Assembly (NCBI GenBank): GCA_016861205.1
Contig: BOKX01000001.1
Coordinates: 988,758 to 1,052,757 of the forward strand
Length of the DNA: 64,000 nucleotides
Direction: 5' to 3'
Origin: Patescibacteria group bacterium
GTDB lineage: Bacteria; Patescibacteriota; Microgenomatia; UBA1400; PJMF01
The notes below the pieces were generated by a model. That model worked only from the letters and a program-made list of their open reading frames with translations. It searched no databases and had not been told where the DNA came from. Of the stretch, positions 1-8,572 are shown in pieces. The translations under genes and the position numbers were made by a program. Within the stretch, counting starts at the first letter, position 1. Each line of letters starts with the position of its first letter.

Positions 1-183
1 CCATCGTTTAATGGTTAAAGGGGAGACTCGCAACAGATCGGCAACTTCACGAACAGTTAACAGGTCTGGCAAGTTGTTGATATCGAGCTTGCTGGCGTCA
101 TCGGCTCGACCAGTGCGCTTGTCATCCAAGTCACCTGGATTGCCGGGTAGGTTTGAGCTGGGTGAAAATGGCTGGTTGACCAT
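1..183 (-). CDS. Helix-turn-helix (excisionase/MerR-like) DNA-binding protein, partial (runs off window start)
   Basis: Not in the ORF track. Hand translation from ATG at 183: MVNQPFSP...LPDLLTVREVADLLRVSPLTIKRW, a typical HTH_17/MerR-like motif. AAGGA SD upstream. Confidence 0.85.
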   Translation of the reverse strand, partial: MVNQPFSPSSNLPGNPGDLDDKRTGRADDASKLDINNLPDLLTVREVADLLRVSPLTIKRW

Positions 184-653
184 ACAAATCCTTTCGTGCC
201 AAAAAACGAGTTAGTTGTTGTGTTTACCACCTTCAGCTAGCACAGCTTCACCAGGTTTGGCACAAACCAGGCACAGTGGCTGAAAGGAATAACCGGTGAG
301 AAAGGATGGCAGTCATTGGTCAACTGGTTCACAGTTAGACTTTTGTAAACTCAACAGTAGCAGAGTAGGAAGAACTGGGTCAAGGGGGAGATAGTGTGTA
401 TCAGTCGTTGATAGCAAGCACGTACGGCCGTTACCCAGCCTCAGTAGCAATGTACCCATTATTATTATTGATTCACAATCGTGGTTCGGTTGGTTATCGG
501 GTGTCATCGGTGATGTATGCCAACTTATCCCCATTTTAGACTTATAACTTTTTTGAAAGCAGCCGATAATGTTTGAACTGTGAATAACTTTTACGCGACC
601 AGGCTATAACTAGAGACATAATTAATTGACAACTGGGGACAGCTGGGGAAACA

Positions 654-679
654 AAAACCCCCGCCGGAGCGGGGGTTTT
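654..679 (-). terminator. Intrinsic terminator after rplL
   Basis: AAAACCCCCGC-CGGA-GCGGGGGTTTT inverted repeat with T-tracts on both strands, just downstream of the rplL stop. Confidence 0.85.
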
Positions 680-701
680 AATCTCGATTAAGAGGTTGAG
701 C

Positions 702-1109
702 TTACTTAAGCTCGACCACACAACCGGCTTCTTCGAGGGTTTTCTTGGCAGCTTCAGCAGCTTCCTTCTTGGCCCCTTCGAGCACGGTAGCGGGTAATGC
801 TTCGACGAAGGCTTTGGCCTCACCCAAACCTAGTTCAGGCTTGAGGGTGCGGACAGCCTTGATCGCGCCGATTTTGTTGGCGCCAGCATCTTTGATGATG
901 ACGTCAAACTCGGTTTGTTCTTCAGCTGGGGCAGCAGCGGCTCCGGCGGCAGGCATAGCGCCAGCCATCATCATAGGAGCTGCGGCGGTCACGCCGAACT
1001 TGTCTTCCAGAGCTTTCACCAGGTCTGAAACTTCCATTAAGGAGAGCTCAGCCACGGCGTCGACGATTTTCTGGACTTTTTCCGAGAGTTGTTTTTGGTC
1101 GTCGGTCAT
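702..1109 (-). CDS. rplL: 50S ribosomal protein L7/L12
   Basis: [46 protein letters not shown]. Confidence 0.98.
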   Translation of the reverse strand: MTDDQKQLSEKVQKIVDAVAELSLMEVSDLVKALEDKFGVTAAAPMMMAGAMPAAGAAAAPAEEQTEFDVIIKDAGANKIGAIKAVRTLKPELGLGEAKAFVEALPATVLEGAKKEAAEAAKKTLEEAGCVVELK

Positions 1110-1130
1110 AGGATTCCTTTCTGATAATTA

Positions 1131-1637
1131 TTATTTTTGTTTATCAGCAATAGCTTGTAAGGCGTACACCAGGTTGCGTTGACTGGCCTTGAGGACGTTG
1201 ACCAAGCCGTAAGCAGGGCCTTGGATACGACTGATCAAGGTGGCAATCAACTCGTCTTTGCCTGGCAATTGACTCAGCTGTTCGACTTCAGCTGCTGACA
1301 AGACTTTGTCAGCCATCATGCCTTGCTTAATAACTAATTTGTCGGTTTCTTTATGAAAAGCGAAGAGTTTCTTGAGAGCTGAAACTTCATCTTCATATGA
1401 CAAAGCCAGAGCATTCATTCCCTCGAGAGAGTCGCTCAGTTTGCCTTTACCCAAAGCGATGTCCATGAGGGTATTTTTGGTCACGAACAGCTCGCCACCC
1501 ACTGACTTCAGCTCGGCGCGGAGTTTGACCTGCTCATTGGCGGTGGTGCCGGCGTACTCGACGACAGCCACTGATTTAGCTTTGCTCAATTTCTCTTGCA
1601 ACAGCTGAACTTGGGTTTGATTGTGTTGGTTTGGCAT
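1131..1637 (-). CDS. rplJ: 50S ribosomal protein L10
   Basis: [25 protein letters not shown]; directly upstream of rplL. Confidence 0.97.
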   Translation of the reverse strand: MPNQHNQTQVQLLQEKLSKAKSVAVVEYAGTTANEQVKLRAELKSVGGELFVTKNTLMDIALGKGKLSDSLEGMNALALSYEDEVSALKKLFAFHKETDKLVIKQGMMADKVLSAAEVEQLSQLPGKDELIATLISRIQGPAYGLVNVLKASQRNLVYALQAIADKQK

Positions 1638-1737
1638 ACGATTCCTTATCTAGATCTAAAGTTGAGTGAACTAGGGAAGTGTGCCAGAGGAAACAGTTCA
1701 GGGGAAACTGGTAATGTGACCAGTTTGCATGATTCTG

Positions 1738-1795
1738 AGGCCTCGGCGCGACTTACAGAGTATCTTGACTCAACCACGCTGTCTTCGGACAGAAG
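1738..1795 (-). promoter_or_regulatory. L10 leader (L10(L12)4 autoregulatory RNA)
   Basis: Minus strand reads CCGAAGACAGCGUGG..GAGU-caagau-ACUC..UAA-GUCGCGCCGAGG, matching the AGACAG/UAA/CCGAGG pattern of L10 leaders. TATAAT at 1799-1804 (minus). Confidence 0.8.
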
Positions 1796-1866
1796 GCTAT
1801 TATACACCAGATTGGAAAGGAAGCAAGATGACACTAAGAGAAAATATGCCAGCCAGTTCTACAGAA

Positions 1867-2061
1867 ATGAGCGACAAGGAACCAGGTCGCTTGGGTCGTT
1901 TTATGATGGGATTTTTCGAGTTATTAGCTAACTCGGCTGTGGGCTATGGGACCAGATCTGAAAACGTCTATGGTCGCGAAAAGGCTCATGATATTTGGCC
2001 GCACCCCCGTCGTGCGAGTGATGTTGGCTCACACCAGGCGATAGACCAAAGTCACAACTAA
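1867..2061 (+). CDS. Small hypothetical protein
   Basis: ATG 1867 (MSDKEPGRLG...) fills the intergenic gap. No motif. Confidence 0.45.
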   Translation: MSDKEPGRLGRFMMGFFELLANSAVGYGTRSENVYGREKAHDIWPHPRRASDVGSHQAIDQSHN

Positions 2062-2088
2062 GTTGCGAGACCTTGCTATACTGACGGC

Positions 2089-2628
2089 ATGGTTGAATTC
2101 CTTCGCCCATTTAAGCGTTTTTGGCAGACCGATGATCGCCAGCCGGTGACCGCCCAGTCGAAGTTTGGTGATGAAAGGTTTTTCAAAAACCCCATCTATG
2201 AGCACAAACTGCCGTTCGAAAAGTCGGTGGCTGTTTTGGCTGAGTTCAAAAGTACCCTCAATGCCTTTTTGAGTGTTGAACATCCTCGAGCGGAGGATTT
2301 TGAACCAGTCAAAAAGTTATGGAGCCACCTTGATTCACTCCGGGCGGCTGAGGCCCAAAATCTCCAAGAGCTGATGTCAGCCGTGTACCAGAAGTATGAG
2401 ACCATGGCTGAGACGATTTACGTCCGGCAAGTGAAGAACTGGTTGCCAGGAATGAGTCAGTTCTACTTAGCCAAGTGTGTCGCCGATCTCAAGTTTTTTG
2501 AAGACAATAGCGTTACAACTCGACCACTGGCCTATAAACTGTACGATGCAGTCCAAAAAGCCCCAGCTATCCACGCTCAAGTCCGTGATACTGATGCCTG
2601 GCACACCCTCATCAAGCTCAGCCGGTAG
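2089..2628 (+). CDS. Hypothetical protein
   Basis: 179-aa ORF with TATACT 6 nt upstream of the ATG. Confidence 0.7.
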   Translation: MVEFLRPFKRFWQTDDRQPVTAQSKFGDERFFKNPIYEHKLPFEKSVAVLAEFKSTLNAFLSVEHPRAEDFEPVKKLWSHLDSLRAAEAQNLQELMSAVYQKYETMAETIYVRQVKNWLPGMSQFYLAKCVADLKFFEDNSVTTRPLAYKLYDAVQKAPAIHAQVRDTDAWHTLIKLSR

Positions 2629-2675
2629 GTGAGCAGCCTGATGGCATACCAAAACTCCATGATATACTACCCACT

Positions 2676-2732
2676 ATGGTATTCGTCCAAATGACCACTA
2701 CTACCTCAACTACCAACCCGTCGCGGGGGTAA
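2676..2732 (+). CDS. Thr-rich leader peptide of thrS attenuator (MVFVQMTTTTSTTNPSRG*)
   Basis: 18 codons, with 6 Thr codons within 7 positions. -10 TATACT at 2663-2668. Followed by a terminator and thrS. Confidence 0.9.
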   Translation: MVFVQMTTTTSTTNPSRG

Positions 2733-2756
2733 TTGTGGTGGCACGTCACCAACTTC

Positions 2757-2780
2757 ACCCCGCCAGCGGCGGGGTTTTTT
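2757..2780 (+). terminator. Attenuator terminator upstream of thrS
   Basis: ACCCCGCC-AGC-GGCGGGGT followed by a T run. Its 5' arm can alternatively pair with GCGGGGGT at 2723-2730. Confidence 0.9.
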
Positions 2781-2812
2781 ATTACTAATTCGTATTACAA
2801 TAGAAAGAAACT

Positions 2813-4576
2813 ATGTCACAAAATAACGCACCATCCGAATCACTTGATCAACTTCGCCACTCAGCCGCGCACCTGCTGGCAGCCGCGGTTATGGAGCTAT
2901 GGCCAGATACCAAGCCGACGATAGGGCCAGCTATTGAAGATGGTTTTTACTACGACTTCGAGTTTGCTCAGCCGATCTCAGAGGCTGATTTTCCAGCTAT
3001 CGAAGCTAAGATGCATGAGCTGGTCAAAGACTGGTCGAGTTTCGGGCGGGAAGAAGTGTCGGCGGAAGAGGCAAAAAAGCGCTATGCACACAACGAATAC
3101 AAACTGCAATTGATCGAAAAATTTGCTGAGGAAGGGCAGACTTTAAGTCTCTATAAGTCCGGCCAGTTTGTTGATTTGTGCCGTGGTGGCCACGTTGATA
3201 ACCCAGCCAAAGCGTTACAGCACTTTAAGTTGCTGTCCTTGGCAGGTGCCTACTGGCTTGGTGACGAAAAAAATCCGATGTTGTCACGGATTTATGGCAC
3301 AGCTTTCCCAAGTGCCGATGAGTTGGCTGCGTATCTTGAACGCCGTGAACTAGCTAAGCAGCGTGACCACAAAAAACTGGGCAAAGAACTTGACCTATTT
3401 GTGTTCTCCGAAACAGTTGGGAAGGGTTTGCCACTCTGGACCCCCAGAGGTGCCGCCGTCCGTCGGGAGCTAGAACGGTTCATAGTCGACGAAGAGCTCA
3501 AGCGCGGCTATCTGCACGTTTATACACCAGATATCGCGAATTTGGCCCTCTACAAGAAGTCAGGGCACTATCCCTACTACAAGGACTCTATGTATGCGCC
3601 GATCGTCATTGATGATGACGAGTACATGCTGCGCCCGATGACCTGTCCGCACCACTTCGAGCTGTATTTGAGTCGGCCGCACTCGTACAAAGAACTGCCA
3701 ATGCGCTTTGCCGAGTTGGCGAAGCTGTACCGATATGAACAATCAGGTGAACTGAGTGGTTTACTGCGGGTGCGCAGTTTCTGTCTGGCTGATGCGCACA
3801 TTGTGTGTCGGCGTGAGCAAGCAGAGTCTGAGATCAATGGAGTGCTTGATTTGATCGAGTACATCGCGGGTGTCTTTGGCTTGAAAGCCGGTGAAAACTA
3901 CCACTATCGTTTGTCCTTGGGTGACCGAGCAGACGACAAAAAATACTTCAAGGATGACGAGTCTTGGGACTATGCCGAAAATGTCTTGCGCTCAGTGCTC
4001 AAGGCCCGCGAGGCGCACTTCGTAGAAGCTCCTCAAGAAGCAGCGTTCTATGGTCCAAAAATCGACGTCCAGATGAAAAACGTCAATGGAAAAGAAGATA
4101 CGGCCTTTACGGTACAGTATGACTTCGTGATGCCGAAACGATTTGACCTGAAGTACGTCAATGAACAGGGTGCTGAAGAGCAGCCGATTGTGGTCCATCG
4201 ATCATCGATCGGCGCGATTGAGCGGGTAATGGCGTTTTTGATTGAACACTATGGTGGTGCTTTCCCAGTTTGGTTGTCACCGGTTCAGGTCAAGTTGTTG
4301 CCGATCGCAGATCGACATCTCGACTATGCCAAACAAGTTTGGGCCAAGCTCCATGCTTTGGGTATCCGAGTTGAGCTGGACGATCGCTCAGAGCGCTTGT
4401 CGGCTAAAATTCGCGACGCGCAACTTGAGAAGGTGCCCTATATGGCTGTAATTGGTGACAAAGAGATGGCTGAAGACCAACTGACCCTGCGTCAGCGCGG
4501 CCAAAAAGAGCAATCGGTGCTCACCGTTGATGAGTTTGTGAAACAAATTCAGGCAGAGATAGCCAAAAAGCAGTAG
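2813..4576 (+). CDS. thrS: Threonine--tRNA ligase (short form lacking N1/TGS domain)
   Basis: RHSAAHL, DLCRGGH, RDHKKLG, LRPMTCPHH, AAFYGPKID, anticodon-binding C-terminus. Confidence 0.98.
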   Translation: MSQNNAPSESLDQLRHSAAHLLAAAVMELWPDTKPTIGPAIEDGFYYDFEFAQPISEADFPAIEAKMHELVKDWSSFGREEVSAEEAKKRYAHNEYKLQLIEKFAEEGQTLSLYKSGQFVDLCRGGHVDNPAKALQHFKLLSLAGAYWLGDEKNPMLSRIYGTAFPSADELAAYLERRELAKQRDHKKLGKELDLFVFSETVGKGLPLWTPRGAAVRRELERFIVDEELKRGYLHVYTPDIANLALYKKSGHYPYYKDSMYAPIVIDDDEYMLRPMTCPHHFELYLSRPHSYKELPMRFAELAKLYRYEQSGELSGLLRVRSFCLADAHIVCRREQAESEINGVLDLIEYIAGVFGLKAGENYHYRLSLGDRADDKKYFKDDESWDYAENVLRSVLKAREAHFVEAPQEAAFYGPKIDVQMKNVNGKEDTAFTVQYDFVMPKRFDLKYVNEQGAEEQPIVVHRSSIGAIERVMAFLIEHYGGAFPVWLSPVQVKLLPIADRHLDYAKQVWAKLHALGIRVELDDRSERLSAKIRDAQLEKVPYMAVIGDKEMAEDQLTLRQRGQKEQSVLTVDEFVKQIQAEIAKKQ

Positions 4577-4583
4577 CGGCTTG

Positions 4584-4994
4584 CTAAGCTCGTGGTTTAC
4601 CTAGTGCGACCAACGCTTTTGATGTGCGGTCAAACCCCTCGAGAGGTTTTTCGAGCTGAGCTAACATAGCCCTGACTTCGTGATGCTTGGGGTACACAAT
4701 AGCTACCCGTTCAATTTTGGGTTCGTCTTGGAGCTTGATGATCGTATCAAGAGCGGCTGGGGCCAAGCTTTGACACTGTTCGAGATTAAACAGCACTCGG
4801 TTAGGTTTGGGGCCAGCTAGGATACGGGCCGAGACGGCTTCAAGTTCTGTGCCACTTTGCAGGTGGCCATTGATTTCGATAACCCACTTGTGAAACTCGG
4901 GAAAAACATACTGTCGCTCCTGAAGGCGAGAGCGGTGCTGAAGCGCCTCAATTTGCAGTTGGTTGAAATGGCGATTTTTGTCAGGTGGATGCAT
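4584..4994 (-). CDS. STAS-domain-like protein
   Basis: VIEINGHL...VLFNLEQCQSLAPAALDTI...VAIV pattern resembles the STAS/SpoIIAA fold; no phosphoacceptor Ser. Confidence 0.55.
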   Translation of the reverse strand: MHPPDKNRHFNQLQIEALQHRSRLQERQYVFPEFHKWVIEINGHLQSGTELEAVSARILAGPKPNRVLFNLEQCQSLAPAALDTIIKLQDEPKIERVAIVYPKHHEVRAMLAQLEKPLEGFDRTSKALVALGKPRA

Positions 4995-5017
4995 GGCAGA
5001 CTCGAGTGTGAAAATAC

Positions 5018-5431
5018 TTACTCTATTGTAGCATCGGCAGCCGCGGCAGCCTCGGCTGTCTCTTGTGCCACGTTTAAGCCAAGCAAAATTTGAGCCGCAT
5101 GAATATCTGGCTGGGTGCCAATTTTTTGGCCCAAACCTGAGGCTTCTAGGAGACTGGCTTGGAAGCTGTCACGGGGCTTGACCAAGGTCATTTTGGCTCC
5201 ATGGCGCACAACGGTTTGCAGATAAATGGCGTGTAGGGCGGTGTAAAACGCAGACCCTATCGACGTGACTTCAGCCAAGTTCATGATGATGTACGTACCA
5301 GCGGCATAGCGCCTGGCTTCAGTTTCTAGTTGACTGGCATTAGTCCAGTTAACTTCACCACTGACCGCAATGCTGGCTACACTGATTCCGTTTTGTTGGA
5401 AAAGTTCAGTTCTGAGTGCTAGGTTTGACAT
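5018..5431 (-). CDS. STAS domain / anti-sigma factor antagonist-like protein
   Basis: IAVSGEVN...IIMNLAEVTSIGSA...LLEASGL matches the SpoIIAA-type pattern. Confidence 0.7.
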   Translation of the reverse strand: MSNLALRTELFQQNGISVASIAVSGEVNWTNASQLETEARRYAAGTYIIMNLAEVTSIGSAFYTALHAIYLQTVVRHGAKMTLVKPRDSFQASLLEASGLGQKIGTQPDIHAAQILLGLNVAQETAEAAAAADATIE

Positions 5432-5513
5432 AGTTGCGGTTGATTATAAAGGCAGAGCTTCAAACCACAATACGTACCTGTGACCAGTAGACAGAGTGAC
5501 GGTGAAACCGAGG

Positions 5514-6278
5514 TTACTCGATCACCACTTTGACGCTGGGACTCATGCTGGCTGAGATGCTGAGCTTGACCACTTTGCCTTTGAGGGCAGCGAGCAGAGC
5601 TTGCAGATTTTCAACCAAAGCCTTGGTGTCCATGTCAGTTTTGCCGATCGAAACGTGCATCAAAGGAGCTTTCTTTTCGCCCTTGAGGGTCACTTTGCCA
5701 CCTTCGAGCTCTTGTTTTTTGAGCTCAGGGTTGGCAGTGACGGTGCCGTTTTTCGGGTTTGGCATCAAACCTTTAGGACCGAGTACCTTAGCAAACTTGG
5801 CCAATTGAGGCATGAAACGAGGCTCAGTCACCAGCACGTCGAAGTTGAGTTGACCAGCTTCGATCTCTTTCAAAACCTGCTCGTTCACAATAGCAACAGT
5901 TAAGCTGCGACCGGTTGAGTGAGGGAAAGCCATGTTGACTTGGAAACCCTCTTCTTTGAGCACTGCATCAGCAGTGACGGTGCCGGCAAACTTGGTGTAA
6001 CTGAGTTTTTTGACCAGCTCCACTGCGGCAAACACGTCGTACGTTTTGGTCTTGTCGACTTGAGCACGAACAGCTTGATATTGGTGACTGCGAACTCGAG
6101 CGGCCTTCTTTGGCTTGGCGGCAGTTTCGCTGGATTCGACTGCTGGTGCAGCTTCAACAGCTACGACAGTTTCTTCACCGGCTGGAGTAGTTTCGATCAC
6201 GGTTTCTGACGCGACGTCACCCACAATTTTCACGGTGTCTTCAGTCATGGTTTTAACGATGTTTTTTTTGCTTCCCAT
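5514..6278 (-). CDS. rplA: 50S ribosomal protein L1
   Basis: FPHSTGR, AKVLGPKGLMPNPKNGTVT, SASMSPSVK. Confidence 0.97.
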   Translation of the reverse strand: MGSKKNIVKTMTEDTVKIVGDVASETVIETTPAGEETVVAVEAAPAVESSETAAKPKKAARVRSHQYQAVRAQVDKTKTYDVFAAVELVKKLSYTKFAGTVTADAVLKEEGFQVNMAFPHSTGRSLTVAIVNEQVLKEIEAGQLNFDVLVTEPRFMPQLAKFAKVLGPKGLMPNPKNGTVTANPELKKQELEGGKVTLKGEKKAPLMHVSIGKTDMDTKALVENLQALLAALKGKVVKLSISASMSPSVKVVIE

Positions 6279-6290
6279 ATAGTCCTTACC

Positions 6291-6713
6291 TTATTTGACA
6301 GCTACTCCCATACTTTTGGCCGTGCCGATGACACTTTGCATGGCTGACTCAACACTAGTGGTGTTGAGGTCAGGCAGTTTTTGCTCGGCGATGGCTTTCA
6401 CTTGATCCATCGTCAAGGTGCCCACGGTTTCGCGACCAGTGGTTTTACTACCTTGTTTTAACTTCAGGGCTTGTTTGATCATTTCTGCCACAGGTGGGAG
6501 TTTCAGGACGAACTTGAATGAGCGATCCTCAAAAATAGTGATCTCAGCTGGAATAACTTGACCTCGTTTGTCTGAGGTTTTGTCATTGTACTGCTTGAGG
6601 AAGTCCATCATGTTAATACCAGCTTGACCCAAAATTGGACCAATTGGAGGGGCAGGGGTAGCTGACCCAGCTGGTAGGTTTAACTTCAGAATATTTACGA
6701 CTTTTTTAGCCAT
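6291..6713 (-). CDS. rplK: 50S ribosomal protein L11
   Basis: AGSATPAPPIGPILGQAGIN, GTAKSMGV. Confidence 0.98.
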   Translation of the reverse strand: MAKKVVNILKLNLPAGSATPAPPIGPILGQAGINMMDFLKQYNDKTSDKRGQVIPAEITIFEDRSFKFVLKLPPVAEMIKQALKLKQGSKTTGRETVGTLTMDQVKAIAEQKLPDLNTTSVESAMQSVIGTAKSMGVAVK

Positions 6714-6793
6714 ACAAACTCCTTATTTAATAGTTGCTTATCTTGTGTGACAGGGGAAAGACGACGAAATTGACCACAGGTCAAAAAGTAGAT

Positions 6794-6824
6794 GTGTCGC
6801 CAACCGGCTGTCGGTCGCTCCCTC
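6794..6824 (-). promoter_or_regulatory. Putative L1-binding autoregulatory hairpin in rplK leader
   Basis: GAGGGAG-CGACCG-acagc-CGGUUG-GCGACAC in a ~140-nt 5' UTR downstream of extended -10 TGGTACAAT (~6859-6867, minus). Confidence 0.4.
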
Positions 6825-6894
6825 AATTTTTGAGTCGCCGAGGTGAAGCGAGACCTGTATTGTACCACAAGCTTGGGGAAAATGCGCCGACTAT

Positions 6895-7650
6895 TTAGCG
6901 AAAACTGCTTTTTGGAGTGCTGTGCAAGAAGGTGCCGGTTGGGGTCAGGAGCTGCAGCTGTTCAGGGTAGGTGCTTTTGGGAGGTCCAAAAACGTTGATA
7001 ACGAGCTCGGCCTGCTGCAACACCGGCGGCAGGGGCAGTTGGTAGCCAAAAATGTGGGTGCAAATTTGCACGGTACCTTTTTCGGCTGCCTCGAGAATTG
7101 TTTGGCAGCTCACGATATCGTCATTGAGGTATCGAAGAGAGGTCCAGGTGGCAGGCAGGGTTTGTTGCAATTCGAGAAGTTGGCCAAGCAACTTCTGGTA
7201 TGAAAAGGCATCGTGAAGAACGATTTGCGGGAGAGCAGACTGTTTCTTTCGTAAAAGCAGCAGCAACTCTAGCCAAGCCAGACTCAAGCCGTTTCCTAAA
7301 ATGTCAATTTTTTTATCACCAACTTGCTCTACATGGTGCAGCAAAGTCGGCAGTTGCTCAATAGTTGCGGTCAATGTCCGGCGAGTGATGCCCAAACCAC
7401 CGATTTTTTCTCGACCGGCTGCCTTAGCAGCTATTTTATGTAGTTTCGAATCATCGTACGTGTGAATGTATTGTTGACTCAGGAAAAATGGATCATCAAT
7501 GTTGTCGAGGTACTCCAGCAATTCCTGCCGATTTGGCTCGCCCAACTCAACTTTGAAAGGGGCAAGCGTCAGACCGTAGCTGCCCTCATCGACACTGACT
7601 TGGACACTGCCTTCAGTATCAAGCAAACGGCGCTCACTAAGGGTGGGCAT
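6895..7650 (-). CDS. Hypothetical protein, possible degenerate SAM-dependent methyltransferase fold
   Basis: KIDILGNGLS (motif I-like), IVLHD, ELVINVFG, LLTPTGTF. Confidence 0.5.
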   Translation of the reverse strand: MPTLSERRLLDTEGSVQVSVDEGSYGLTLAPFKVELGEPNRQELLEYLDNIDDPFFLSQQYIHTYDDSKLHKIAAKAAGREKIGGLGITRRTLTATIEQLPTLLHHVEQVGDKKIDILGNGLSLAWLELLLLLRKKQSALPQIVLHDAFSYQKLLGQLLELQQTLPATWTSLRYLNDDIVSCQTILEAAEKGTVQICTHIFGYQLPLPPVLQQAELVINVFGPPKSTYPEQLQLLTPTGTFLHSTPKSSFR

Positions 7651-7659
7651 ACAGGAAAG

Positions 7660-8295
7660 TTAGACTTTTTGCACTTGCAAGAAGTCGAGTTCCACTGGGG
7701 TTTCGCGGCCAAAGATGCTGACCAGCACTTCGACTTTGCCTTTTTCTTCGTTGATGGTTTTGACTGTACCCAAGAAGTCGTTGAACGGGCCATCGACGAT
7801 GCGAACAGCTTCGCCTTCCACAAACTCGGCTTTGTATTGTGGCGTAGCCTGAGTCATGTACTTCTGGATAGCTTCCACTTCGTGGCGGGGCAGAGCGGTG
7901 GGTTTGTTGCCCATACCGACGAAGCCAGTCACGCCTTGAGTGGTGCGAACCGCTAACCATGAGGCGTCAGTCAGTTCCATTTGGACTAACATGTAGCCTG
8001 GGAAAATTTTCTCGTTCACGGTTTTGCGTTGACCACGTTTGATCTGAATTTTCTCTTGAGTTGGGATCAAAACAGCTAAGATGTAGTTGGTCAGGTTGAG
8101 GGTTTCAGCACGCTGCTTCAGAGTTTCAGCCACTTTGTTCTCATGACCTGAGTAGGTGTGCACCACGTACCAACGTGCTTTTTTGTTCTCAACAGGTGAG
8201 ATGACAATCATGTTGGGTGTGTTGACTTGCACTTCCTGAACTTCTGGTGGGGTGAGTGGTTCAGTGATGTCAGTGACAGGGGTGTTTTGATTCAT
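7660..8295 (-). CDS. nusG: Transcription termination/antitermination factor NusG
   Basis: WYVVHTYSGHENKV, IFPGYMLV, VSIFGRETPVELDF. Start moved to ATG 8295, downstream of secE. Confidence 0.97.
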   Translation of the reverse strand: MNQNTPVTDITEPLTPPEVQEVQVNTPNMIVISPVENKKARWYVVHTYSGHENKVAETLKQRAETLNLTNYILAVLIPTQEKIQIKRGQRKTVNEKIFPGYMLVQMELTDASWLAVRTTQGVTGFVGMGNKPTALPRHEVEAIQKYMTQATPQYKAEFVEGEAVRIVDGPFNDFLGTVKTINEEKGKVEVLVSIFGRETPVELDFLQVQKV

Positions 8296-8312
8296 ATCCG
8301 ATGTATTAAAAA

Positions 8313-8501
8313 TTAAACCTGAGTAATAAGTAAAGTAATGAGTCGCTGGAACACAAAGTCCAACGTTCCCACATACGCCCCAACGACTAAGCTGACGATT
8401 ACCACTAAAGCAGTCATTTCCCAGGTCTGTTGACGACTGGGCCAAGACACTTTTTGCAGTTCGGTCACGACTTCGCGGACGAATGTAGCAGGTTTGACCA
8501 T
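8313..8501 (-). CDS. secE: Preprotein translocase subunit SecE
   Basis: ELQKVSWPSR plus one TM segment, upstream of nusG. Confidence 0.95.
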   Translation of the reverse strand: MVKPATFVREVVTELQKVSWPSRQQTWEMTALVVIVSLVVGAYVGTLDFVFQRLITLLITQV

Positions 8502-8572
8502 AGATTTGTTATTGTATCAGACAAGCGCAAAATTCGAAATGGCCGACCGTTGAACCAAAATACTGCTAGTAA

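Noticed and set aside
313-823. ORFs 313..534 and 542..823
   Set aside because: No motifs; they overlap the terminator, rplL and regulatory DNA.
2640-2812. T-box riboswitch upstream of thrS
   Set aside because: The leader is too short for Stem I, and the Thr-rich uORF with alternative stems explains it fully. The TGGTGGCAC similarity to a T-box bulge is not enough.
8296-8445. N-terminal extension of nusG
   Set aside because: Overlaps secE in another frame.
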